Shown one piece after another: positions 46,451 to 55,735 of a stretch of 64,000 nt of DNA. Under the pieces are notes generated by a model. That model was not told the origin of the DNA. It did no database searches and saw only the letters and a list, made by a program, of their open reading frames with translations. Numbering within the stretch: the first letter of the stretch is position 1; each line of letters starts with the position of its first letter. A program made the translations under genes and the position numbers. Origin of the DNA: a virus (taxonomy: Duplodnaviria > Heunggongvirae > Uroviricota > Caudoviricetes); the IMG/VR virus record IMGVR_UViG_3300010049_000010, positions 64,749-128,748 of that record; one strand, 5' to 3'.

Positions 46451-46843
46451 ATGAAAACTTTTGCAGAAATATATGGAAAACCATTAAGAGAAATGAAAGG
46501 GAGAATTGAAAGAAAAGAATTTGAAGATGGAACAGTTTCAACAGATTATTCTCCTGAATGGGAAGAAAGCGATGTGTCTGAATATATAGCTGATCTTCAA
46601 AAAGCTTTACCTATGATTGACCCTGAAAAAGTTGCTTCTGTAGCAATGAATAGTTATGACGACCACTGGGGATTCGGTGTTGAAGACGTTGAAAGAGATT
46701 TTGTAGACATTCTTGAAGAAATGGGTATTGAATACCAAGGCGATAATGCTGGTGATGTTTATGAAGATCTAAATAATGTTACGTCTAAATGGTGGAATAA
46801 AGGTGAAGACGTTGAATATGACGACGAAGAGTATGAAGATTAA
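46451..46843 (+). CDS. acidic hypothetical protein
   Basis: ORF only. Confidence 0.4.
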   Translation: MKTFAEIYGKPLREMKGRIERKEFEDGTVSTDYSPEWEESDVSEYIADLQKALPMIDPEKVASVAMNSYDDHWGFGVEDVERDFVDILEEMGIEYQGDNAGDVYEDLNNVTSKWWNKGEDVEYDDEEYED

Positions 46844-47334
46844 TCAATAAAATGGAAATAATATTTAGGGGTTCCTTCAAAGGGAACCTCTACTCGTATT
46901 TGAACATAGTTTAGTTCGTCATCAATATCAACTTCACATTCATAAGTGTCATATCGTTTAACATCCGGTTTCTTTTCAGGTTTATAATTCTTTTCGGAAT
47001 GTTCAAATTCCATATCTTTTAAAATATCATCCAACGAAATTACAGTAGATAATACGTCATGCATATAATCAGCGTCGTTATTTCGAGAGCTGAATACTTT
47101 AGCAGCTCCTTTAGTTTCTCCTCTTAATGCGGCGGAAATTGACCAAAAAAATTCTCTAAATCCTTTTTCAGTTATCATTATATTTCGTCCGTCTTTTGTT
47201 TGAACTTTCTTTCCAAGATGATTTCGTTTAAAATAATTTTCAGCAAATTTATAAGTTTCTCGGAATGATGGATTATATAATTTTTTATCAATTGGCTCAG
47301 CATTTACGCGCTCATAGATTTGTTGGAACGTCAT
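46840..47334 (-). CDS. hypothetical protein
   Basis: tactaattatt-ATG box. Confidence 0.45.
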   Translation of the reverse strand: MTFQQIYERVNAEPIDKKLYNPSFRETYKFAENYFKRNHLGKKVQTKDGRNIMITEKGFREFFWSISAALRGETKGAAKVFSSRNNDADYMHDVLSTVISLDDILKDMEFEHSEKNYKPEKKPDVKRYDTYECEVDIDDELNYVQIRVEVPFEGTPKYYFHFID

Positions 47335-47355
47335 AATAATTAGTAACTAAATAAT
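47335..47355. promoter_or_regulatory. bidirectional pair of A/T boxes (tactaattatt-ATG on the minus strand; aactaaataat-ATG on the plus strand)
   Basis: The two box variants sit back-to-back between divergent starts at 47334 (-) and 47356 (+; a 20-aa ORF, MKLFEQ…). Confidence 0.4.
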
Positions 47356-47427
47356 ATGAAGTTATTTGAACAAATCTCTTGTGAGTGGGATCGAGCTGTA
47401 GAAGAGGATGAAAGTTAATTTACAAAT

Positions 47428-47814
47428 ATGGCAGGACGTAGAAGTTCAGACGACCCAAAATGGGCAGAAACTAAAAAGATAGTCGATAAACGAGATCGAC
47501 GTCAATGCCAGTTTGAGAAATGTTTATCTCTCAAAGAATCATATCAATTAAAAATAGACGGCCCAACTGTATTAGACCGCGCACATATTTTCGCAGCATC
47601 AGCAAGACCAGATCAAATATATAATCCAAAAAATGTAATTACGCTCAGAAGATTTATTCACCAGAGAATGGATGGATATAAAAATCCAATTACGGGTGAC
47701 CCAATAGATTATAATGAAACTATGTTTTGGTGGCATAGAATATTAAAAAAATTTGTTGATGATTATGAGCCAGATGTTGATTATGAGGAACTTCTAAAAG
47801 CCGAGATTAGATAA
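47428..47814 (+). CDS. possible HNH-family endonuclease
   Basis: CQFEKC … RAHIFAAS … NVITLRRFIHQ gives an H-N-H spacing. Weak call. Confidence 0.35.
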   Translation: MAGRRSSDDPKWAETKKIVDKRDRRQCQFEKCLSLKESYQLKIDGPTVLDRAHIFAASARPDQIYNPKNVITLRRFIHQRMDGYKNPITGDPIDYNETMFWWHRILKKFVDDYEPDVDYEELLKAEIR

Positions 47815-47830
47815 ATTTTACTAATTATTT

Positions 47831-50800
47831 ATGGCAGATGGAATTTCAATCGGTAGTGCTGAAACGAGTCAACAACTTAATAGTTTAAATGACGCAATAG
47901 CAGGAACAACGTCTGCATTAGGCGCTGACGGAGCGCTTGCAAATAAAATGGAAGGTATTACTGAAAAACTTAATTCTGTTATTCAAACAGAAGTCACTAA
48001 TCTTCCAACAGAAATACAAAAAGTTTTAGAAGCTCTGTCTGTAAGCACATCTAATTTAGATTCACTTAAAAAACACTTTGAAGATGAAGCTAAAGAAGCA
48101 AATGCTAAGAAACAAAAATTAGCTGATGCAGCTAAAACTGGAAAAAAAGATTTTAAAGACAATGACGTCGCGAAATTGCCAGCTGAAATGTCTGCTGGAT
48201 CACTATTTCTCGGCGGCCAACTTAAATTATTATTAGGTGAAAAATCACTTATATTTGCTGGAATTGCTGATATTGCTAGAACAAGTGATTTAATTTATAA
48301 ACACATAACAGGCGAAGGCAGTAAAAAGAAAGACGATAAAAAAGGAAAAGGCAAAGATGGAAAAGGAGCTGAAACTCCTGGTCTTAAACATAAGGGTGGA
48401 GGATGGGAAGATTTATCTAAAACTTTAATGTCTTTCGCTAAAGCAGCACTTGTAATAAGCATAATGACTCCTGTTTTTTTAATTGGATTGGTAGCTCTTA
48501 AAGTTGCAGGAAAATTTATGGACTCCGCAGCGAAATTATTTCTATATGAGAAAGATGGAAAGACTGCAAAAAATTGGAAAAAAGAACAGAATAAGTTAAA
48601 AGAAGCTTTAAAGTTTACTACTATGCTTCTGGGATTATTTAAAAATTTAATATATGTCGCATTATTTTGTGTGGGAATGTTATTTATAGTTCTTCCAGCT
48701 ATAATAGGCGTATTTGCTGCAATGTTATTTTTACTTGTAATTAAACTTTTTGCTAATGTAGCGACTAAAATGAAATTAGACAAAAAAGTAGTAATAAATA
48801 TAATGTGGGCTAGATTTTTATTCCAACAATTAGTGCTTACTATGTTATTTGCATCGCTTATAATTATATTTATTCTCCCAGCTATATTAGGTATATTTGC
48901 AGCTATTATATTTATGTTGGCATTTAAGTTATTATCTTTGATAGCAGGCAAATTATTAGGTGGAGTATTTAAGTTCTTAATTGTTGTAGTTTTAATGGCA
49001 ATTGCAATGTTGTTTTTCGCAATAACATTATTTATAATGACTAAAGTTGTTACACTTAAGTCAATACTAATCGCTATTGTTTCATTAGTCGCAATTACTT
49101 TATTATTAGCTATTGTAGCTCTTATAGGTTTCGGCGCGACATATGTGCTTCCATTTATTGCAGCATTTGCGTTAGCTTGTATATTTATGGCATTGGGATT
49201 CATTTTATTCGTATTAGCTCTTAAAATACTCAGTTTAGTTACAATAGATTTAATATTAGAATCAGCTGAAAAGATGCTGTTTATTGGTAAGTTTTTCTTG
49301 ATGTTCGCATTATGTATTCCAGTTTTCTTAATTGGTATGTATGCGGCGATTTATTTAATGATCGCATCAGTTGCATTATTTATTGGTATGCTATTTTTAT
49401 TCTTAGCTCTTTTCTTTTTGAAATTAGTTATTGGATCAATAGAGCAATTACTTAAAATGCCAATATCATTTATTCCAGAAGGCGCGCCCGAATGGATGGG
49501 TGGATTAGGCGCAATAGCTATGATTGCGATATTTTTCTTAGGATTATTTTTATTACTACCTGTTTTAATTCTTGCAGTTGTGCCTGCTGTATTATTGGCG
49601 GTAACTTCAATATTATTACTTGTTGGATTTTTAGCATTATCTGGTGCAGTTGCAATGGCTGGAATTGTAGCAAATATTTTTAATGATAATGAAAATATAA
49701 AAAGTGTTGGATTAATAATGAGTTTATTTTTCTTATGCTTGATTCCTGCTGGATTAGCTGCTTTAATTTTACTTCCATTCGCAGTTATTTTCTTAGCTGC
49801 AGCTGTAATATTACTTGTAGCATTTACCGCATTAACGGGAGTAATAGCATTAGCAAAAGTTTTAGCAAAAGGTTTTAGCGCAGATGGGGAATTAGGAACA
49901 AAAGACAAACGAAAAGAAGTTGGTGACGCAATTGCAAGTGTTTTTGGTATGATTGCTAATAAAGATCTTATAAAAGCTGCCCTAAAAGTATTATTTGTCG
50001 GCGCGCCCGTTTTAGCAGCTTCTCTTATGATGTTGGCAATATTTTCTTCAATTGTTGGTTGTTACAGGGGAATAAAAGAAATACAAGAAATACAAGAAAG
50101 TTTAAATCCTGTGGCTGTTGGATTCGTTTTTAAGGCAGTTGAAGATCTTGCAAAAGTAGTTGAGCGAGCTGCTGATATAACAAAAGATGTGGCTTTAAGA
50201 GGTTTAGGAAAATTTAGACTAGGCATTGGCGGAGTTATAGAAGCTATAAATGGTATTGTTGACGTTATTATTAAACTTGCTAATTTTGAGAAAGACGCAA
50301 GTGCATATGGTTATGAAGGTGGTGGTGCGGCTTTAATAAGAGAAGCTTGTAGTCAACTTCAATTTATTATTAGAGAATTTTTTGGTCTTAATGCTGATGG
50401 AACTAAAGATGATTCTAATCCTTTTTCTATTATGAATGTTTTTGGAGCAATCGGGAAAATAAAAGGCGGAGATTTAAAAACAGTAAATGCGTTAGCTCCA
50501 CTTGCTGAAGGTTTGGGCGCTATTGTTGATCTTGTTATAAAAGTAAGAGATGTTAATGATGTTGGAAAAGCTAAAGAAAATATGATAGAAATATTTGAGT
50601 TTACGCAATCATTAAGTAGACTAACAGGAGTTTTAACTTCAGGAGCTCTTAAAAAGGGTGACACTCCTAGAATTTTAAAACGTGTAAATGAAGATATTAT
50701 GCCTCATATTCCAACTTTCTTAGATAAACTTCAAGAAATTTCTGAGAAAGCTAGGGGAATTGATTTAGTTGAATTACAACTTCAAGAATGTTTAGTAACA

Positions 50801-51103
50801 CCATTAGTAGATTTAGGCACTAAAAATATAGGTAGAGAAATAGATAAAATATCTCAATCAATTGGAAAACTTAATAGAGAATTAAGTAAAATGACGAGAG
50901 AAAATGGAAACGTAATTGGTTCATTAGGAAACATTGGGGCAGCGGCTATATTATCTTTAAAAGGAGATAGCGGTGGTGGATCTAGAGGTCCTGACCAAAA
51001 TACTAATTTATTAAGAATGATTGAACAACACTTAAGATTAATTTGTGATGCGACTGAAGAAAATAATAAGACAGAAAATGACCATACAAGTTTTACAGCG
51101 TAG
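47831..51103 (+). CDS. tape-measure-like giant protein: N-terminal coiled-coil and about 20 TM helices
   Basis: 1090 aa with a repeated ILPAILGIFAA hydrophobic module; it sits upstream of the M23 peptidase gene. Confidence 0.45.
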   Translation: MADGISIGSAETSQQLNSLNDAIAGTTSALGADGALANKMEGITEKLNSVIQTEVTNLPTEIQKVLEALSVSTSNLDSLKKHFEDEAKEANAKKQKLADAAKTGKKDFKDNDVAKLPAEMSAGSLFLGGQLKLLLGEKSLIFAGIADIARTSDLIYKHITGEGSKKKDDKKGKGKDGKGAETPGLKHKGGGWEDLSKTLMSFAKAALVISIMTPVFLIGLVALKVAGKFMDSAAKLFLYEKDGKTAKNWKKEQNKLKEALKFTTMLLGLFKNLIYVALFCVGMLFIVLPAIIGVFAAMLFLLVIKLFANVATKMKLDKKVVINIMWARFLFQQLVLTMLFASLIIIFILPAILGIFAAIIFMLAFKLLSLIAGKLLGGVFKFLIVVVLMAIAMLFFAITLFIMTKVVTLKSILIAIVSLVAITLLLAIVALIGFGATYVLPFIAAFALACIFMALGFILFVLALKILSLVTIDLILESAEKMLFIGKFFLMFALCIPVFLIGMYAAIYLMIASVALFIGMLFLFLALFFLKLVIGSIEQLLKMPISFIPEGAPEWMGGLGAIAMIAIFFLGLFLLLPVLILAVVPAVLLAVTSILLLVGFLALSGAVAMAGIVANIFNDNENIKSVGLIMSLFFLCLIPAGLAALILLPFAVIFLAAAVILLVAFTALTGVIALAKVLAKGFSADGELGTKDKRKEVGDAIASVFGMIANKDLIKAALKVLFVGAPVLAASLMMLAIFSSIVGCYRGIKEIQEIQESLNPVAVGFVFKAVEDLAKVVERAADITKDVALRGLGKFRLGIGGVIEAINGIVDVIIKLANFEKDASAYGYEGGGAALIREACSQLQFIIREFFGLNADGTKDDSNPFSIMNVFGAIGKIKGGDLKTVNALAPLAEGLGAIVDLVIKVRDVNDVGKAKENMIEIFEFTQSLSRLTGVLTSGALKKGDTPRILKRVNEDIMPHIPTFLDKLQEISEKARGIDLVELQLQECLVTPLVDLGTKNIGREIDKISQSIGKLNRELSKMTRENGNVIGSLGNIGAAAILSLKGDSGGGSRGPDQNTNLLRMIEQHLRLICDATEENNKTENDHTSFTA

Positions 51104-51111
51104 GAGTTTAA

Positions 51112-51717
51112 ATGAGTGATAAAAAATTAGATGCTTCAAAATTTCCTTGGTTGCAAAGTGATGGAAAAAAGGGAGCTGAAAAACCGCCTATGGATAATGT
51201 TAGTAAACTTGAAGAAATCGGACAAACGAAATATGTTGTCCCAAATGGGCTTATAACTTTTGGTTGGAAAGCAAGAAGTTATCCAGATCATAAAGGTATT
51301 GATATTATTCCCAAAAGAACTGGGTCCGCACCTACGGGAACCCCTATTTATTCTTTATTAGCTGGGTTTGTCGTTACAAGTGTTGATATATTTCCAAATA
51401 ATCAAAGTATTTATAATGATAATCCTAAAGATATGAGTAAAGCATTTGGAAATTATGTTGTTGTTTTAAGTAGTGGTGGTATATATGCTTATTATTGTCA
51501 CTTATATTCAGTAGAAGTAGAAAAATATACTAGAATAAAACGAGGTGAACTAATTGGAACTATGGGTGATACTGGAAATAGCGCCGGCGATCATCTTCAT
51601 TTTGAATTAAGACGTAGGAGTATGTCGCCAGCAAGCGCATTTGATCCGACTCCTTATTTTGGTTATGAAGTATGTAATAATCCACCACAAAGAAGAACTG
51701 GTAGACAGTCAAGATAG
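51112..51717 (+). CDS. M23-family metallopeptidase (lysostaphin-like; virion-associated or endolysin)
   Basis: HKGIDI (HxxxD) and GDTGNSAGDHLHFELR (HxH). Confidence 0.75.
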   Translation: MSDKKLDASKFPWLQSDGKKGAEKPPMDNVSKLEEIGQTKYVVPNGLITFGWKARSYPDHKGIDIIPKRTGSAPTGTPIYSLLAGFVVTSVDIFPNNQSIYNDNPKDMSKAFGNYVVVLSSGGIYAYYCHLYSVEVEKYTRIKRGELIGTMGDTGNSAGDHLHFELRRRSMSPASAFDPTPYFGYEVCNNPPQRRTGRQSR

Positions 51718-51726
51718 GAGTAAAAT

Positions 51727-52950
51727 ATGGCAATAGTAAAAATGGAAGAAAGTAAATTAAGAACCAGACAAGGAAATAATGTGGCCATGATAAATACATC
51801 TCCAACTCCCGATGGATTAACTAATTTAGTAACCCAAGATAGCACAATTGAAAATTTTTCAACTGTTCCCGCAAATTTAGATGATAATACAGGGGTGCAT
51901 TTTTATCCTCATATAAATAAATTTAAAGTTGTTGAACTTGCTGTTAGTTCTTTGCATGTACAATATCCATTACAAATAACGAGTCCTCAATGGGGAAATT
52001 GGCGGAATAGTCACCCTGACCAAAAAGATTGGGCTGGTGGAACAACTAATGTAGATGATAGAATTTTATTATTTCCAACTAATAAAACATTTGCATTTAA
52101 TTATTCTCATGAATATGGTAATGCTTGGGAAAAATTATCAAGTACTGGTATGTTAAGTAAAGTTCAACAGGGTCTTGAAGCAATGAGAAGTTTAGCTATG
52201 ATGGCAGGCGCATCAGGTGTTAGTACTGGTGGAAAAATGATTTCTCGCTATACCAATACTCCAGTTTGGAATAAATCTACTCCAGTTAAATACACTTCAA
52301 ATTTAGAATTTGAATTTCATTTTGGTCAAGCGGGTATTTACTCAGGAGAGGAAGAAGTTGTGAAACCTATACTTAGATTAATTCATTTATTTTCTCCATT
52401 ATTAGTGGGTAATTATGCAAGAGGTCCTGTTCCAACGGCGCCAACTTATTTGGCCGCCATGCTTTCTTTAATAGGAGATAAAGATAGGGCCCAAATGGGA
52501 GACTTAGATACAGCAAAAAATGATGCCTCAAAAATAAGCACTGATGCCCCAGTGGATGATAAAGGCAACGCCGTTGCAGAATCAGATAAAGATAGAAACA
52601 AAAGACTTTCAGGAATGGCTACTGCTATGGGTGGTATTGTTAATAAGTTAACTCAGTTAGAAGAAATGCTTATGAAAAAAATGGATGATTCTATTGGTAG
52701 AGCATTAAATGGATGGCGTGCTAGCGATGGTTGGCAAGGTGGATCTAGAGGTCTTTGTATTAGAATGGGAAGAATGTCATTAGGACCTTATGTAGTAAAA
52801 GAAGTTAATTGGGATTTTGATTTTACTCAAACAGATGAGTTTGGTTTTCCATATAAAGGTAAAATTACATTTGGTGGATTAGAATCTATCTTTGTTGCTA
52901 ACCCAAGTCAAATACAACATCATTTTGGTGGAAATAATACTAGAAGTTAA
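51727..52950 (+). CDS. hypothetical structural (tail/baseplate?) protein
   Basis: Its position after the tape-measure-like and M23 genes; GGAG Shine-Dalgarno site. Confidence 0.4.
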   Translation: MAIVKMEESKLRTRQGNNVAMINTSPTPDGLTNLVTQDSTIENFSTVPANLDDNTGVHFYPHINKFKVVELAVSSLHVQYPLQITSPQWGNWRNSHPDQKDWAGGTTNVDDRILLFPTNKTFAFNYSHEYGNAWEKLSSTGMLSKVQQGLEAMRSLAMMAGASGVSTGGKMISRYTNTPVWNKSTPVKYTSNLEFEFHFGQAGIYSGEEEVVKPILRLIHLFSPLLVGNYARGPVPTAPTYLAAMLSLIGDKDRAQMGDLDTAKNDASKISTDAPVDDKGNAVAESDKDRNKRLSGMATAMGGIVNKLTQLEEMLMKKMDDSIGRALNGWRASDGWQGGSRGLCIRMGRMSLGPYVVKEVNWDFDFTQTDEFGFPYKGKITFGGLESIFVANPSQIQHHFGGNNTRS

Positions 52951-53951
52951 ATCAATTTTATTATATCTCTCATTCTTTGTTGATAATCATTTCCTCTAAT
53001 TAGAGTCAACCGGTAACACATATTTAATTGCATTCTATATTGTTCAATGAGATAAGTTTCGTCCTCTTTTCTGGTAGACTCTAGAAATCTATATCCATCG
53101 TTAACCCAATCAACCTCAGAAGAAAGAATGAATATCTGATCATAATCTTGTAATTTAATTATTTCTTTAATGAGATTTGAATCAGCGCCTTTATGATATT
53201 TTTCTAAATAATATCTAGTGACTACTGCATCACTGTCAACAAATAAATATTTATTAGAATGCTCTAAAGCATCTTGTTGAGCAATCCAATGTTTCATAGC
53301 GATATTATCAAACTGTTTGACTGTTAATTGATTAGCATGTTTCTCACAATAATCTCTGCCAATTTCGTGCACATAATTAGTGTTAAAATATTTAGCCAGA
53401 TTTCTTGCCATTGTAGATTTACCTACGCTTTCAACTCCAGTAAATAAAATCTTTTTAGTAAAATGAGGTCTTGTTATTGGCAAAATATATTCCCAATACT
53501 TAAATGGGTCTTGTCGTATTTCAGTAGCAGATATATTTACGAAACTTCTGTCTCGATCTAATATAACGTGTTTCGCGTTTGGATAATTAACTTTAAAGAA
53601 TTGGTCATAAGCTGGTTCAGAACTAAACACGTGAGTCAGCCCCGGAATCATTTTACGAACTTGAGCCGTGCCTTTAGTCCAATCATATTCCATCTCATCA
53701 TATTCTATTTCAAGTAAGTCAACTTCCTTGCCCAATTTTCTCAATTCAGATATAGAATGTCCAATCCAAGATTTTCGTAATTCAGGAGACATTTCTTTAA
53801 TACCTTCTTTTTCACAAAGTTGTTTGTCAAATTCTTTATTATGAAATAAAATTATGTAGAGCTTATCAACATGAGTGAGCGCTTCCATTGCTGCATAATG
53901 GTGACCACTGTGAAATGGAAGAAATTTTCCGCCATATTGTCCAATTTTCAT
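52947..53951 (-). CDS. nadR: NadR-like bifunctional NMN adenylyltransferase / ribosylnicotinamide kinase
   Basis: GGKFLPFHSGHH matches HxGH and ISATEIRQ matches ISSTxIR. The C-terminal P-loop is GVESVGKST. Confidence 0.75.
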   Translation of the reverse strand: MKIGQYGGKFLPFHSGHHYAAMEALTHVDKLYIILFHNKEFDKQLCEKEGIKEMSPELRKSWIGHSISELRKLGKEVDLLEIEYDEMEYDWTKGTAQVRKMIPGLTHVFSSEPAYDQFFKVNYPNAKHVILDRDRSFVNISATEIRQDPFKYWEYILPITRPHFTKKILFTGVESVGKSTMARNLAKYFNTNYVHEIGRDYCEKHANQLTVKQFDNIAMKHWIAQQDALEHSNKYLFVDSDAVVTRYYLEKYHKGADSNLIKEIIKLQDYDQIFILSSEVDWVNDGYRFLESTRKEDETYLIEQYRMQLNMCYRLTLIRGNDYQQRMRDIIKLI

Positions 53952-53952
53952 T

Positions 53953-54162
53953 TTATTCTCCTGTAAAATATTGTTTTTTATTCCATTTTCTTCTGGATTC
54001 TATATCTTCTAAAAATTTATCTGGATTTATATCTAATTCTTCAGCGATTGCTTCAACTAGATAATTTGTTCTTTCTGGATAGTGATAAATATAAGTATTT
54101 ATGTTTTGAGTTAGTTCTTCTAGTTTAACAGGTTGAACTATTTTGCCTTTGAGTCGTTCCAC
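53953..54162 (-). CDS. hypothetical small protein
   Basis: ORF only. Confidence 0.35.
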   Translation of the reverse strand: MERLKGKIVQPVKLEELTQNINTYIYHYPERTNYLVEAIAEELDINPDKFLEDIESRRKWNKKQYFTGE

Positions 54163-54481
54163 AAGATCCTCCTATATTTCTAGTACTGCAAGTGCTTCTG
54201 TTGGCGCTTCCCCCGCCGCCTCCACCCATGTATGGCATTTTAGGTGGGACATTTGGATTAGGCGCGCCACAACTTCCAACATCATCGTCATAATCAAATT
54301 CATCTTCTATTTTTTGCATTGATAATCTATTTTTCTTTTGCTTTATTAGTTTATCGAGGTCATGTTGTGCTATTGTTTCTATTAATTTTTCTCTTAACTC
54401 AGGATATTTCTCAGATAACTCTTTGGCTTGTTGAGCTATTTGAGACATTGTTTTGACGTAATTTTTATTAGTTTCTAACAC
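54125..54481 (-). CDS. small protein with a Gly/Ser/Thr/Cys-rich C-terminus
   Basis: …GGGGGGSANRSTCSTRNIGGSCGTTQRQNSSTC-COOH. Confidence 0.45.
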   Translation of the reverse strand: MLETNKNYVKTMSQIAQQAKELSEKYPELREKLIETIAQHDLDKLIKQKKNRLSMQKIEDEFDYDDDVGSCGAPNPNVPPKMPYMGGGGGGSANRSTCSTRNIGGSCGTTQRQNSSTC

Positions 54482-54490
54482 ATAATTAGA

Positions 54491-54817
54491 TTAACAGCTT
54501 CTAGAAAATCCCGCACCACAAGAAGATGATGAATATGTATATCCTTTTCGTTCCATTTCTTTTGATGATACTCTAGTATTAGGTCCTTCTTTAATTAAAT
54601 TATATAATTCGCGCGCCTTTGCTAATACACTTTTAGCGTATGGGGTTCGCGCATTATCTAATTGTACAATAAACTCATACACATCTGATCTAAAATCATC
54701 TATTTTTTGTTTTGAGCTTCTTTGTCTGCTACTTCCGCCACATTCTCTTAAATGTTGTTGGCCTTCAACTAATTTATTTGAGGCTTGATACACACTTTCG
54801 AATAATTTACTAATCAT
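54491..54817 (-). CDS. small protein with a Ser/Cys-rich C-terminus
   Basis: …YTYSSSSCGAGFSRSC-COOH. Confidence 0.45.
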   Translation of the reverse strand: MISKLFESVYQASNKLVEGQQHLRECGGSSRQRSSKQKIDDFRSDVYEFIVQLDNARTPYAKSVLAKARELYNLIKEGPNTRVSSKEMERKGYTYSSSSCGAGFSRSC

Positions 54818-54826
54818 TTTAACTCC

Positions 54827-55735
54827 TTACCAGGAATTAGTGACAAGCCCGTCATTATAAATTACTTTGTAATTTTTGCGGCCTTTTAAGTAGTCCCTCA
54901 CATTCCTAATAATTAGTTTAAGTTTTTCAGAATTCGTCATAGTGTAGTTCACATCATCGACCATCGCACAGCCCCGTTTAACTAGGATCTTAATTCCTTT
55001 GAACATCTTTTTGGATAAGTCTTTTGGCCATTTATTTCCTTTGAGAAAAGTACTGCATCCTGATGATATTGGTGGACCTAGTTTAAGATCAGGCCAAATA
55101 TCTTTTATTCCAACGTGTAAATCGGGTTTGTGCGTTAATTCGTTTATCTTGATATATTTTACACCCCAGTGAGCAAGTTCCATTAATTCCATTTTAACTT
55201 GATGTTCAAATTCTATATGTTTTTTAACAAGACAAAAAGACACTCGAAACTTATCAGCATAACCGTCTTTAATAAGTTCTCTAACGAATTGCTGTCTCCA
55301 AGTATTTGGCTTACTCATTCCCATTATATCCATAGCAGTATTTGGATAAGCTGAACCAATAGATATATTGCATCCATCTAAACGGTTTAATAATTCTTTG
55401 AATCTAAATTTCTGTAATTCGTGATTTAAGTTTGGTGGTAGAGCTGTAAACATTGTTATTTCTTTAACGTAAGGTCTAATGAAATCTACTAACATTTTTA
55501 CTTTGTCAGGATAGAGCATTGGCTCTCCACCTTCAATTACGACAGATTGCCAACCAGTTTTAATGATATTATCTGCTATTTTTTCAACATCAATATTTTC
55601 TTTACATCCTTTCTTTGTTTTTTTAGCTAAACAATGAATGCATGCGTATGGACATTTTCTAGTTAAAGCTATATTTATGTATGGTGCACTTCCATCGCAA
55701 TTATTTCTAAAAGTAATATTATCCTCCGAATATAG
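54827..55735 (-). CDS. radical SAM enzyme whose CX3CX2C motif lies upstream of the first canonical start codon
   Basis: In the same frame, upstream of the track start (MLYPD at 55519), I read …TRKCPYACIHCLAKK…VVIEGGEP. The frame is open back to 55735 with no ATG, GTG or TTG. GGAGGA lies upstream of an in-frame ATT. Confidence 0.55.
   Translation of the reverse strand, partial: LYSEDNITFRNNCDGSAPYINIALTRKCPYACIHCLAKKTKKGCKENIDVEKIADNIIKTGWQSVVIEGGEPMLYPDKVKMLVDFIRPYVKEITMFTALPPNLNHELQKFRFKELLNRLDGCNISIGSAYPNTAMDIMGMSKPNTWRQQFVRELIKDGYADKFRVSFCLVKKHIEFEHQVKMELMELAHWGVKYIKINELTHKPDLHVGIKDIWPDLKLGPPISSGCSTFLKGNKWPKDLSKKMFKGIKILVKRGCAMVDDVNYTMTNSEKLKLIIRNVRDYLKGRKNYKVIYNDGLVTNSW

Noticed and set aside
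46862-46884. Stem-loop ggttcctt-caa-agggaacc that looks like a terminator between convergent genes
   Set aside because: It lies inside the C-terminal coding sequence (…PFEGTP…) of 46840..47334, and no T-run follows. It is a coincidental palindrome.
48295-49908. Two long minus-strand ORFs (302 and 185 aa) inside the tape-measure-like gene
   Set aside because: They are antisense shadow ORFs created by the hydrophobic, low-complexity plus-strand sequence. Their compositions (N/I/A-rich) are biased and they have no start context.
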